A program made the position numbers and the translations under genes. Below the pieces are notes generated by a model, which saw only the letters and a list, made by a program, of their open reading frames with translations, had not been told where the DNA came from and made no database searches. A stretch of 64,000 nucleotides of DNA, taken from NCBI RefSeq assembly GCF_044324785.1, contig NZ_CP172127.1; one strand, 5' to 3'. This document shows, one piece after another, positions 1-15,645 of this stretch (position 1 is its first letter; every line of letters begins with the position of its first letter). Origin of the DNA: Escherichia coli. Lineage in GTDB: Bacteria > Pseudomonadota > Gammaproteobacteria > Enterobacterales > Enterobacteriaceae.

Positions 1-365
1 AGAAGCGTAGGGCGATAGGCAGTATTTTGAGAAAGCTGTGTGAGTGGAAAAGCGTACGGATTCTGGAAGCAGAGTGCTGCGCAGATCATATCCATATGCT
101 TGTGGAAATCCCACCCAAAATGAGCGTATCCGGCTTTATGGGATATCTGAAAGGGAAAAGCAGTCTGATGCTTTACGAGCAGTTTGGGGATTTGAAATTC
201 AAATACAGAAACAGGGAGTTCTGGTGCCGAGGGTACTATGTCGATACGGTGGGTAAGAACACGGCGAAGATACAGGACTACATAAAGCACCAGCTTGAAG
301 AGGATAAAATGGGGGAGCAGTTATCGATTCCATATCCGGGCAGCCCGTTTACGGGCCGTAAGTAA
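1..365 (+). CDS. tnpA: IS200 transposase TnpA (Y1/HUH family), 3' part; N-terminus lies outside the window
   Basis: ORF 27..365 is open to the window edge. Translation closely matches IS200 TnpA as I recall it, with an HUH motif (HIHMLVEIPP) and the tyrosine region (RGYYVDTVG). Confidence 0.85.
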   Translation, partial: KRRAIGSILRKLCEWKSVRILEAECCADHIHMLVEIPPKMSVSGFMGYLKGKSSLMLYEQFGDLKFKYRNREFWCRGYYVDTVGKNTAKIQDYIKHQLEEDKMGEQLSIPYPGSPFTGRK

Positions 366-441
366 CGAAGTTGAATGCAAATGTCAGATCGTATGCGCCT
401 GTTAGGGCGCGGCTGGTAACAGAGCCTTACAGGCGCATTTG
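1..441 (+). mobile_element. IS200 copy, right-hand portion; left end outside window, right boundary approximate
   Basis: Contains the tnpA 3' part and a subterminal inverted repeat around 388..434 (gcgcctgttagggc ... gccttacaggcgc). The exact end was not determined. Confidence 0.55.
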
Positions 442-465
442 AAAAACCTCCGGCTATGCCGGAGG
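442..465. terminator. Stem-loop at the IS200/ybiC junction; probable ybiC terminator
   Basis: Hairpin cctccggctatgccggagg; a TTTTT run follows it on the minus strand, about 10 bp after the ybiC stop. Confidence 0.45.
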
Positions 466-473
466 ATATTTAT

Positions 474-1694
<1,221 letters not shown>

Positions 1695-1699
1695 GAAAA

Positions 1700-2662
<963 letters not shown>

Positions 2663-2689
2663 TTACGACTCCTTACCTGACTCACATCA

Positions 2690-4840
2690 TTAACGCCGCC
2701 GACGGCGTGGGGATTTCGTTTTTTCTTTCTTTTTAACTATACCTTCAGGGACTTCCGGTTGCTCTATCGGAAATACCGGTAATGCATCCAGTAGCCGCTT
2801 GCCATAATTTTTGGTCAGCAAGCGTTTGTCGTAAATCACCACTTCGCCCCAGCAACCGTGGCTTCGAATCAGTCGCCCAACCTGCTGAATCAGGTTAAAC
2901 GAGGCGCTCGGCAGGCTTTGCACCTCAAACGGATAGCGGTTGAGGCTTTTCAGCCATTCTCCTTCGGTGATCACCACCGGGCTGTCGATGGGCGGAAAAG
3001 CGATTTTGTGGATATGCACCTGGCTGAGCAGATCGCCTTTCAAATCAAGCCCTTCGGCAAATGACTGCAAGCCCACCAGCACGCTACGCTCACCGTTGGC
3101 AACGCGTTTGCGGTGCAGTTCAACTAAACGGTAACGCGGCTGATCGCCCTGCACCAGCAACATCAGGCGTAAATCCGTCACATAGTCGAGAAACCGCTGC
3201 ATCGCCCGTCCGCTGGCAAACAGTACCAACATACCGAGATGTTTTTTGCTCTCCACCTGTTTACGGAAAAAGGCCGCCATTTCGGCAATGTGCTGCTCTT
3301 CGTTGTCGATGGAAGGCTCAACGCGCATCCGGGGAATAACAATTTTGCCCTGTTCGCAGTGGTTAAAGGGCGAATCCAGCGCCACAAAGCGGTCGCCCGC
3401 TTTCTCTTTCAGCCCGCTCATCTCCTGCAAACGCGAAAAACTGTTCAGCGAACGCAAGGTTGCGGAAGTGACAATAATGTGCGGAATACTGCGCCACAGC
3501 AGCCTTTCCAGCTGATCGCTGACACGAATACCCACGCAGTGAAACCAGAGATGCAGCTGCCCTTCGCGCTCTTCCCGCGTCGCCCATTTGGTCACCGGCG
3601 CACCGGAAGATTGCGCCAGAGACGCCAGCCGCCAGAGTTTGCTTTGCGCCTCGAACATCCCCAGCGCGCGGTTCATCTGCAAAATCAACCGATGCAGACG
3701 TACAATGTCATGGCTGCCGGTTTTCTCACTTAAATCGTTAAGAAATAACTCCGCCAGACCACGCAGCATCTCGGTGAGTTTTGCCAGCCGTTGGCAGATC
3801 TCCAGCACTTCATCAGGCAGTTCGCCCATCGCAAAACGGTGCTCTGCCTCCTGCCCGGCAGGCATGTAGAGGTTGAGAATGTTGTTTAACGAGGCGATAA
3901 GCTCATACAACTCTTCACAATGGGCATTCAAACGCTCGGGGATCGCCAGCGGAGGGATGGTCTTCGGGCGAAACTGCTCCATACAGGTAGCGACCAGTTT
4001 CGTGAACAAGTCCAGCTGTAGCCGATACCAGGGCGCGGTGATTTCGGCGCTCATCTCCAGCGCATCCCGTGCCACATCCGGCAGGTGATGACCTTCGTCC
4101 AGCACCAGCAGTAAATTTTTCGGGTCAGGCAATACGGCTTCGCTTTCCATCGCCGCCATCACCAGCGCATGGTTTGCCACTACAACTTCCGCTTCCTGAA
4201 TTTCCCGACGAGCGACAAAAAACGGGCATTCGCGATAGTAATAACAGTTGCGGTTGAGGCAGCTGGCTTTGTCGGTACTCAACCGACGCCAGAGATCATC
4301 ATCAATGGCGATATCCGTATGATCGCGCAGACCATCCCATTTATAAGTGTCGAGATCGCCCTTCAACTTTGCACAACGCTTTTGCTCTTCCTGATTGTTC
4401 GGCGTCAGCTCGTCGTCAAGAAACGCCAGCAGATCCTGTTGCGTGGGTTCAGTACTGGCAAGCGCTGTCAGATTACGCGGGCAAACGTAGCGCCCACGCC
4501 CAAAAGCGGCAGTGAATTTAAGATCGGGAATGATCTTTTTCAGCAATGGTAAATCTTTGCTGTAGATCTGATCCTGCAACGCCACGTTGGCGGTACTCAC
4601 CACCAACGTTTTTTGCTCTTCGCGGGCAATGGCGATGCCGGGAATCAAATAGGAGAGCGTTTTCCCAACGCCGGTGGGTGCTTCAATCGCCAGATGCCGC
4701 CCTTCTTCTCCGGCCAGCGTTTTGGCGACGTCCGCAATCATCTGCCGCTGCGGCGCACGGGGAATAAAGTCGGGGATCTGTTCCTGAAGCGCCTTATACC
4801 AGGCGGCAATTTGCGCTTTAAGCGCGGCGGTTAATGCCAT
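2690..4840 (-). CDS. dinG: ATP-dependent DNA helicase DinG
   Basis: 716-aa ORF with helicase motifs (GVGKT Walker A, DEGH box) and cysteine-containing region; a LexA box lies upstream. Confidence 0.95.
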   Translation of the reverse strand: MALTAALKAQIAAWYKALQEQIPDFIPRAPQRQMIADVAKTLAGEEGRHLAIEAPTGVGKTLSYLIPGIAIAREEQKTLVVSTANVALQDQIYSKDLPLLKKIIPDLKFTAAFGRGRYVCPRNLTALASTEPTQQDLLAFLDDELTPNNQEEQKRCAKLKGDLDTYKWDGLRDHTDIAIDDDLWRRLSTDKASCLNRNCYYYRECPFFVARREIQEAEVVVANHALVMAAMESEAVLPDPKNLLLVLDEGHHLPDVARDALEMSAEITAPWYRLQLDLFTKLVATCMEQFRPKTIPPLAIPERLNAHCEELYELIASLNNILNLYMPAGQEAEHRFAMGELPDEVLEICQRLAKLTEMLRGLAELFLNDLSEKTGSHDIVRLHRLILQMNRALGMFEAQSKLWRLASLAQSSGAPVTKWATREEREGQLHLWFHCVGIRVSDQLERLLWRSIPHIIVTSATLRSLNSFSRLQEMSGLKEKAGDRFVALDSPFNHCEQGKIVIPRMRVEPSIDNEEQHIAEMAAFFRKQVESKKHLGMLVLFASGRAMQRFLDYVTDLRLMLLVQGDQPRYRLVELHRKRVANGERSVLVGLQSFAEGLDLKGDLLSQVHIHKIAFPPIDSPVVITEGEWLKSLNRYPFEVQSLPSASFNLIQQVGRLIRSHGCWGEVVIYDKRLLTKNYGKRLLDALPVFPIEQPEVPEGIVKKKEKTKSPRRRRR

Positions 4841-4854
4841 GAGAAAACCTGAAA

Positions 4855-4874
4855 TACTGTATAAACAGCCAATA
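4855..4874 (-). promoter_or_regulatory. dinG SOS (LexA) box, non-canonical
   Basis: Minus strand reads tattggctgtttatacagta, which is the dinG LexA operator as I recall it, 15 bp upstream of the dinG ATG. Confidence 0.7.
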
Positions 4875-5010
4875 TTGTGGCATTTTTCGGTTTTCAGGGG
4901 TAATGGTTTTTCTGTTTCTGGAAAGCGGCTCGCAATAACGTTTTCTGGAAGTGAGATTTTCCCGCAGCAGAAGAAACATCATTGCGTAGTAAAAGACAAT
5001 GCACGCAGGC

Positions 5011-5292
5011 TTATTGCGCTGGTGGCCATTGCAGGGCGGTATGCAAAACACGCAGTACCGAGAGCGTATCGCCCTCCACTTGGTAGATCAGCACATAATG
5101 CGGTCTGACAACGGCTTCATGAGTGCCAGCGACTCGTCCGGCCCGATACATCTGCGGGCGTTCACAAACCTGTTCCGCAATGGCTTCAAATTGATTATCA
5201 AGGGCAATTGCCGCTTGCGGATTATCTTTACTGATGTATACCATGATTTGCTCCCTGTCAGACAGGGACATTGGCTTCCATTCCAGACGCAT
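5011..5292 (-). CDS. ParE/RelE-family type II toxin (ParE2-like)
   Basis: 93-aa ORF with ParE-like features (C-terminal ...LIYQVEGDTLSVLRVLHTA). Its ATG overlaps the upstream gene's stop as TAATG. Confidence 0.75.
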   Translation of the reverse strand: MRLEWKPMSLSDREQIMVYISKDNPQAAIALDNQFEAIAEQVCERPQMYRAGRVAGTHEAVVRPHYVLIYQVEGDTLSVLRVLHTALQWPPAQ

Positions 5293-5732
5293 TAATCCCC
5301 CTTCAACAAGGCTTTTTTACGGGCAGCAAATAGACTTTTGGCCTCTTCATGAGAGAGCGCTGGGCGTGGATCGTCAATGGCGGCCTGCACCTGCTCTCGA
5401 AACCAGGCATCATACGCGGCAGCTTCATGAGCTCGTTTTAATGCCTCTGCCCTGTCAGGTCGGGTCGTTTTCTTCTGACCATCCGGGTCGTAATTAGAGG
5501 CGTCGACTTCAAACCGGGCAATACCAACATCTTTCAGGTAGTTGACAACCGTTTCCAGCCGTTTGAACAGGCGGATTTGCCGACTGCGTTGTGCTGCAAG
5601 AGGCCGTTCAGTGTGGCCGTATTTCACGGTCAACGACCAGCCTCCCTGGGTGCCAATAACGTGTGCTGCATCCACTACGCCAGACTCAACCAGTTTATGT
5701 AAGGTTGAGTGATCGATCGTTTCTGGTGCCAT
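5292..5732 (-). CDS. Putative antitoxin: roughly 100-aa N-terminal domain of unknown function fused to a PaaA2/ParD-like C-terminal tail
   Basis: 146-aa ORF translationally coupled to the toxin. The C-terminal AYDAWFREQVQAAIDDPRPALSHEEAKSLFAARKK resembles the PaaA2-type ParE-neutralising motif as I remember it; I do not recognise the N-terminal domain. Confidence 0.55.
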   Translation of the reverse strand: MAPETIDHSTLHKLVESGVVDAAHVIGTQGGWSLTVKYGHTERPLAAQRSRQIRLFKRLETVVNYLKDVGIARFEVDASNYDPDGQKKTTRPDRAEALKRAHEAAAYDAWFREQVQAAIDDPRPALSHEEAKSLFAARKKALLKGD

Positions 5733-5760
5733 AATGCGCTAACCTCTTTGTATACAGCAT

Positions 5761-5824
5761 GCAATTTATAATTAAAGATAGCGCAATTAATAATTAAAGA
5801 TAGCGCAATTAATAATAAATTGCA
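5761..5824 (-). promoter_or_regulatory. Putative promoter/operator of the toxin-antitoxin operon: tandem 22-bp direct repeats carrying four AATTGC half-sites
   Basis: aattaaagatagcgcaattaat occurs twice in tandem, with a flanking GCAATT-N7-AATTGC palindrome, 30 to 90 bp upstream of the antitoxin start. Confidence 0.45.
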
Positions 5825-5909
5825 TTTTTTGATCGTAAATTGTCCAGGGTGAAATTGCGGTAGAAAGAGACTTGTTGCGAAGATGCCGGGCATCGCCCGG
5901 CATAAAAAG

Positions 5910-7271
5910 TTACTGCGCAGCGGCAGGTTTACGCGGACGGCGGCGACGTTGTTGTTCGCCTGCCGGTTTGGCATCGCCGAGACGACGAGACGGTTTTTCT
6001 GCAGGTTTTGCGCTTGCAGATTTTGCACCACCTTCAGCGCGGCGTGGTTGCTGTTGACCGCGACCACCGCCTTGTCCACGACCGCCGCCACGTTGCTGGC
6101 GACCATTCTGGATCGGTTCGGCTTTGATTGACGGGTCCGGCTCATAGCCCGGAATCGCAATGCGCGGGATCTCTTTTTTCAGCAGTTTTTCGATATCACG
6201 CAGCAGTTTGTGTTCATCCACACACACCAGCGATAACGCTTCACCGGTGGCTGCGGCACGACCGGTACGCCCGATACGGTGGACATAATCTTCCGGTACG
6301 TTTGGCAGTTCATAGTTGACCACGTGCGGCAGCTCTTCAATATCCAGGCCGCGCGCAGCGATGTCAGTTGCCACCAGTACACGAATATCGCCCGATTTAA
6401 AATCGGCCAGCGCACGGGTACGCGCACCTTGCGATTTATTACCGTGGATCGCCGCACTGCGGATGCCATCTTTATTGAGCTGTTCAGCCAGATGGTTAGC
6501 GCCATGTTTGGTACGGGTAAACACCAGCACCTGCTGCCAGTTCCCTTTCCCAATCATGTGCGACAGCAATTCGCGTTTGCGTTTCTTATCAACAAAGTGA
6601 ACATGCTGGGTCACCTGATCAGACGCGGTATTGCGGCGTGCCACTTCGATTTCCAGCGGGTTGTGCAGCAGTTTTTCCGCCAGGTTTTTAATATCGTCAG
6701 AGAAAGTGGCGGAGAACAACAGGTTCTGGCGCTTCGCTGGCAGCTTAGTCAACACACGACGGATATCGTGGATAAAGCCCATATCGAGCATGCGGTCAGC
6801 TTCATCGAGGACGAGAATTTCAACCTGATCCAGCTTCACTGCATTCTGATGTTCCAGGTCCAGCAAACGTCCCGGCGTTGCCACCAGCACATCAACGCCA
6901 CCGCGCAGCTTCATCATCTGCGGGTTGATGCTGACGCCACCAAACACCACCAGCGAACGAATGTTCAGGTATTTGCTGTAATCACGGACGTTTTCGCCAA
7001 TCTGCGCCGCCAGTTCACGGGTCGGGGTAAGAATGAGCGCACGTACCGGACGACGCCCTTTGGCGTGCGGCTGGCGAGTGATCAGGTGTTGCAACAGCGG
7101 CAGCGTAAAGCCCGCTGTTTTGCCGGTACCGGTCTGGGCACTGGCCATCAGGTCGCGGCCCTCCAGCACCGCAGGGATCGCCTGCTGCTGAATAGGGGTG
7201 GGTTCACGGTAACCCTGCTCGGCAACGGCGCGCAGGATATCAGGGCTTAAACCCAAAGAATCGAAAGACAT
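5910..7271 (-). CDS. rhlE: ATP-dependent RNA helicase RhlE (DEAD-box)
   Basis: 453-aa ORF with DEAD-box motifs ([23 protein letters not shown]) and an Arg/Gly-rich C-terminal tail. Confidence 0.95.
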   Translation of the reverse strand: MSFDSLGLSPDILRAVAEQGYREPTPIQQQAIPAVLEGRDLMASAQTGTGKTAGFTLPLLQHLITRQPHAKGRRPVRALILTPTRELAAQIGENVRDYSKYLNIRSLVVFGGVSINPQMMKLRGGVDVLVATPGRLLDLEHQNAVKLDQVEILVLDEADRMLDMGFIHDIRRVLTKLPAKRQNLLFSATFSDDIKNLAEKLLHNPLEIEVARRNTASDQVTQHVHFVDKKRKRELLSHMIGKGNWQQVLVFTRTKHGANHLAEQLNKDGIRSAAIHGNKSQGARTRALADFKSGDIRVLVATDIAARGLDIEELPHVVNYELPNVPEDYVHRIGRTGRAAATGEALSLVCVDEHKLLRDIEKLLKKEIPRIAIPGYEPDPSIKAEPIQNGRQQRGGGRGQGGGRGQQQPRRAEGGAKSASAKPAEKPSRRLGDAKPAGEQQRRRRPRKPAAAQ

Positions 7272-7464
7272 AACTACTCCGAACCGCCCCGACCGTTACC
7301 GGTGTAGTTTTCAGGGAGATACTGAAAAGGAAAATGACAAAAACCACAATGTCATGAGGGAGCGGAGTGTAGCAGTTTTTGTGACGCAGCGCATAAATTA
7401 TCCCTGTGACTGGCGTAGCTAAAATTCTTAGCCATACTGGACAACTCCCCTATGGAGTCATAAT

Positions 7465-7486
7465 CTTAATCAATCATTTGATTAAG
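7465..7486. promoter_or_regulatory. Palindrome in the rhlE-cecR divergent region; candidate CecR (TetR-family) operator
   Basis: cttaatcaa-tcat-ttgattaag, with perfect 9-bp arms, 17 bp upstream of the cecR start. Confidence 0.4.
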
Positions 7487-7502
7487 AATGGACTGTGTGA
7501 TG

Positions 7503-10890
<3,388 letters not shown>

Positions 10891-10898
<8 letters not shown>

Positions 10899-12024
10899 TC
10901 CGATCCTGTCCTGGCGTCGCGTGCGGGCACTGTGCGTCAAAGAGACGCGGCAGATCGTTCGCGATCCGAGTAGCTGGCTGATTGCGGTGGTGATCCCGCT
11001 GCTACTGCTGTTTATTTTTGGTTACGGCATTAACCTCGACTCCAGCAAGCTGCGGGTCGGGATTTTACTGGAACAGCGTAGCGAAGCGGCGCTGGATTTC
11101 ACCCACACCATGACCGGTTCGCCCTACATCGACGCCACCATCAGCGATAACCGTCAGGAATTGATCGCCAAAATGCAGGCAGGGAAAATTCGCGGTCTGG
11201 TGGTTATTCCCGTGGATTTCGCCGAACAGATGGAGCGCGCCAACGCCACCGCACCGATTCAGGTGATCACCGACGGCAGTGAGCCGAATACCGCTAACTT
11301 TGTGCAGGGGTATGTCGAAGGGATCTGGCAGATCTGGCAAATGCAGCGGGCGGAGGATAACGGGCAGACTTTTGAGCCGCTTATTGATGTACAAACCCGC
11401 TACTGGTTTAACCCGGCGGCAATAAGCCAGCACTTTATTATCCCCGGTGCGGTGACCATTATCATGACGGTCATCGGCGCGATCCTCACCTCGCTGGTGG
11501 TGGCGCGAGAATGGGAACGCGGCACCATGGAGGCTCTGCTCTCTACGGAGATTACCCGCACGGAACTGCTGCTGTGTAAGCTGATCCCTTATTACTTTCT
11601 CGGGATGCTGGCGATGTTGCTGTGTATGCTGGTGTCAGTGTTTATTCTCGGCGTACCGTATCGCGGTTCGCTGCTGATTCTGTTTTTTATCTCCAGCCTG
11701 TTTTTACTCAGTACCCTGGGGATGGGGCTGCTGATTTCCACGATAACCCGCAACCAGTTCAATGCCGCTCAGGTCGCTCTGAACGCGGCTTTTCTGCCGT
11801 CGATTATGCTTTCCGGCTTTATTTTTCAAATCGACAGTATGCCCGCGGTGATCCGCGCGGTGACGTACATTATTCCCGCTCGTTATTTCGTCAGCACCCT
11901 GCAAAGCCTGTTCCTCGCCGGGAATATTCCAGTGGTGCTGGTGGTAAACGTGCTGTTTTTGATCGCTTCGGCGGTGATGTTTATCGGCCTGACGTGGCTG
12001 AAAACCAAACGTCGGCTGGATTAG
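10891..12024 (+). CDS. ybhS: ABC-2 family permease YbhS
   Basis: ORF 10885..12024, polytopic membrane protein; synteny. Confidence 0.9.
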
Positions 12025-12034
12025 GGAGAAGAGC

Positions 12035-13141
12035 ATGTTTCATCGCTTATGGACGTTAATCCGCAAAGAGTTGCAGTCGCTGCTGCGCGAACCGCAAACC
12101 CGTGCGATTCTGATTTTACCCGTGCTGATTCAGGTGATCCTGTTCCCGTTCGCCGCCACGCTGGAAGTGACTAACGCCACCATCGCCATCTACGATGAAG
12201 ATAACGGCGAGCACTCGGTAGAACTTACTCAACGTTTTGCCCGCGCCAGCGCCTTTACCCATGTGCTGCTACTGAAAAGCCCGCAGGAGATCCGCCCGAC
12301 CATCGACACGCAAAAGGCGTTACTACTGGTACGTTTCCCGGCTGACTTCTCGCGCAAACTGGATACCTTCCAGACCGCGCCGTTGCAGTTGATCCTCGAC
12401 GGGCGTAACTCCAACAGTGCGCAAATTGCCGCTAACTACCTGCAACAGATCGTCAAAAATTATCAGCAGGAGCTGCTGGAAGGAAAACCGAAACCCAACA
12501 ACAGCGAGCTGGTAGTACGCAACTGGTATAACCCGAATCTCGACTACAAATGGTTTGTGGTGCCGTCGCTGATCGCCATGATCACCACTATCGGCGTAAT
12601 GATCGTCACTTCACTTTCTGTCGCCCGCGAACGTGAACAAGGTACGCTCGATCAGTTACTGGTCTCACCGCTCACTACCTGGCAGATCTTCATCGGCAAA
12701 GCCGTACCGGCATTAATTGTCGCCACCTTCCAGGCCACCATTGTGCTGGCGATTGGTATCTGGGCGTATCAAATCCCCTTCGCCGGATCGCTGGCGCTGT
12801 TCTACTTTACGATGGTGATTTACGGTTTATCGCTGGTGGGATTCGGTCTGTTGATTTCATCACTCTGCTCGACACAACAGCAGGCGTTTATCGGCGTGTT
12901 TGTTTTTATGATGCCCGCCATTCTCCTTTCCGGTTACGTTTCTCCGGTGGAAAACATGCCAGTATGGCTGCAAAACCTGACGTGGATTAACCCTATTCGC
13001 CACTTTACGGACATTACCAAGCAGATTTATTTGAAGGATGCGAGTCTGGATATTGTGTGGAATAGTTTGTGGCCGCTACTGGTGATAACGGCCACGACAG
13101 GGTCAGCGGCGTACGCGATGTTTAGACGTAAGGTGATGTAA
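12035..13141 (+). CDS. ybhR: ABC-2 family permease YbhR
   Basis: 368-aa membrane protein ORF; synteny. Confidence 0.9.
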
Positions 13142-13513
13142 CTTCTTATCTTTCGCCAGCAAAGACACTACCGCCGGGCCGGCAAGGATTGCCAGCCCTG
13201 CAATTGCCAGCAAAAAGTTGTTTTCCAGTACGCGGGACAACAGCCACAGCACAATCAGCGCTGCGCCAAAATACCAGGTCGTAGTCAGCTCTTCCAGCAC
13301 GTCTGCCACCTCACGCCAGCGTTGCTCGGGGTGGCGCTGAAACACCAGCATCATCACTACCGTGACACAATACAGTGCGCATAATCCCACGCCGACGTGA
13401 ACCAGAGTCTTACTCATCCAGCCCACCACCAGCAGCGCCACTACCAGTAAATGCAACATAATCTGCCAGCAACTTAGACCCGTTGCGACACGAACACGTT
13501 GTTGCCACTTCAT
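13103..13513 (-). CDS. ybhQ: Inner membrane protein YbhQ
   Basis: 136-aa hydrophobic ORF convergent with ybhR; synteny. Confidence 0.85.
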
Positions 13514-13645
13514 GGCTTCTCTCCTGAAGAATTTATCTCTACTTACTCAGAGTACCGAACTTTACGGAAAATTCCGTAAGACCGCACCTTTTTGTGACGC
13601 CGACTACACTATTTCAATGAGATAAGAGGCAAAGACAGGAAAATT

Positions 13646-14407
13646 ATGCCCGATCAAACACAACAATTTTCGTTCAAGGTGCTCACCATCAATATTCACA
13701 AAGGCTTTACCGCGTTTAACCGACGCTTCATTTTGCCGGAACTTCGCGACGCCGTGCGTACCGTCAGCGCCGATATTGTTTGCCTGCAGGAAGTGATGGG
13801 CGCGCACGAAGTTCATCCGCTGCATGTGGAAAACTGGCCCGATACTTCGCACTACGAGTTTCTCGCCGACACTATGTGGAGCGATTTTGCCTATGGTCGC
13901 AATGCCGTATACCCGGAAGGGCATCACGGTAACGCGGTTCTTTCACGTTATCCCATTGAACATTATGAGAATCGTGATGTTTCGGTCGATGGTGCGGAAA
14001 AGCGCGGCGTGCTCTACTGCCGCATTGTGCCGCCGATGACCGGGAAAGCGATTCATGTGATGTGTGTACATCTGGGCCTGCGTGAGGCGCACCGTCAGGC
14101 GCAGCTTGCGATGCTCGCCGAATGGGTGAATGAGCTGCCGGACGGCGAACCGGTATTGGTGGCGGGTGATTTCAACGACTGGCGGCAAAAAGCTAATCAT
14201 CCGTTAAAAGTGCAGGCCGGGCTGGATGAGATATTTACCCGCGCCCACGGACGCCCGGCGCGCACGTTTCCGGTGCAATTTCCTCTACTACGACTGGACA
14301 GGATCTACGTCAAAAATGCCAGCGCCAGCGCGCCAACCGCGTTGCCGCTGCGGACATGGCGACACCTTTCTGATCATGCCCCTTTAAGTGCGGAGATTCA
14401 TTTATGA
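13646..14407 (+). CDS. ybhP: Endonuclease/exonuclease/phosphatase-family protein YbhP
   Basis: 253-aa ORF; stop overlaps the clsB start (ATGA). Confidence 0.9.
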
Positions 14408-15645
14408 AATGTAGCTGGCGCGAAGGCAATAAGATCCAGTTGCTGGAAAACGGCGAGCAATATTATCCCGCGGTGTTTAAGGCGATTGGCGAGGCACAAG
14501 AACGCATCATTCTTGAAACGTTTATCTGGTTTGAGGATGACGTCGGCAAACAGCTGCATGCGGCGCTACTGGCAGCAGCGCAACGCGGGGTAAAAGCGGA
14601 AGTCTTGCTGGATGGCTACGGTTCGCCGGATCTCAGCGATGAGTTTGTCAATGAACTGACGGCAGCTGGCGTGGTGTTCCGCTACTACGATCCCCGCCCT
14701 CGCCTTTTTGGTATGCGCACCAATGTGTTTCGCCGGATGCATCGCAAAATTGTGGTGATCGACGCGCGTATTGCCTTTATTGGCGGGTTGAACTACTCCG
14801 CCGAGCATATGTCCAGCTACGGTCCGGAGGCTAAACAGGATTACGCGGTACGCCTCGAAGGGCCGATTGTCGAAGATATTCTCCAGTTTGAGCTGGAAAA
14901 CTTGCCAGGACAAAGCGCGGCACGACGCTGGTGGCGACGTCATCATAAAGCGGAAGAAAATCGCCAGCCGGGAGAAGCGCAGGTATTGCTGGTCTGGCGC
15001 GATAACGAAGAACATCGCGATGATATCGAACGCCACTATCTGAAAATGCTCACTCAGGCGCGGCGGGAAGTGATTATCGCCAACGCCTACTTCTTCCCCG
15101 GCTATCGATTTTTACACGCCTTGCGTAAAGCGGCACGGCGCGGGGTGCGGATCAAACTGATCATTCAGGGCGAACCGGATATGCCGATTGTCAGAGTCGG
15201 TGCACGCTTGCTGTATAACTATCTGGTTAAAGGCGGCGTTCAGGTGTTTGAGTACCGCCGCCGTCCGCTACATGGCAAAGTGGCATTGATGGACGATCAC
15301 TGGGCGACGGTAGGGTCCAGTAATCTCGATCCGCTCAGTTTGTCACTGAATCTCGAAGCAAATGTCATCATCCACGATCGTCATTTTAACCAGACGCTGC
15401 GTGATAATCTGAACGGCATTATCGCCGCAGACTGCCAGCAGGTGGATGAAACCATGCTGCCCAAACGCACCTGGTGGAATCTGACCAAAAGCGTGCTGGC
15501 GTTCCACTTTTTACGCCACTTCCCGGCGCTGGTCGGCTGGCTTCCGGCACACACACCACGTCTGGCGCAGGTTGACCCGCCCGCTCAGCCGACAATGGAA
15601 ACGCAGGATCGGGTAGAAACTGAAAACACGGGGGTAAAACCCTGA
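14404..15645 (+). CDS. clsB: Cardiolipin synthase B (phospholipase D family)
   Basis: 413-aa ORF with two HxK(x4)D motifs ([17 protein letters not shown]). Confidence 0.9.

Noticed and set aside
3239-3733. 164-aa plus-strand ORF and neighbouring plus-strand ORFs
   Set aside because: Antisense within dinG; shadow ORFs.
5675-6160. 161-aa minus-strand ORF spanning the rhlE 3' end and the toxin-antitoxin promoter
   Set aside because: Overlaps the well-supported rhlE reading frame out of frame; its product is low-complexity. I prefer rhlE plus the intergenic operator.
6279-7250. 323-aa plus-strand ORF
   Set aside because: Lies entirely antisense to rhlE with no recognisable domain; it is a shadow ORF in the high-GC helicase coding region.
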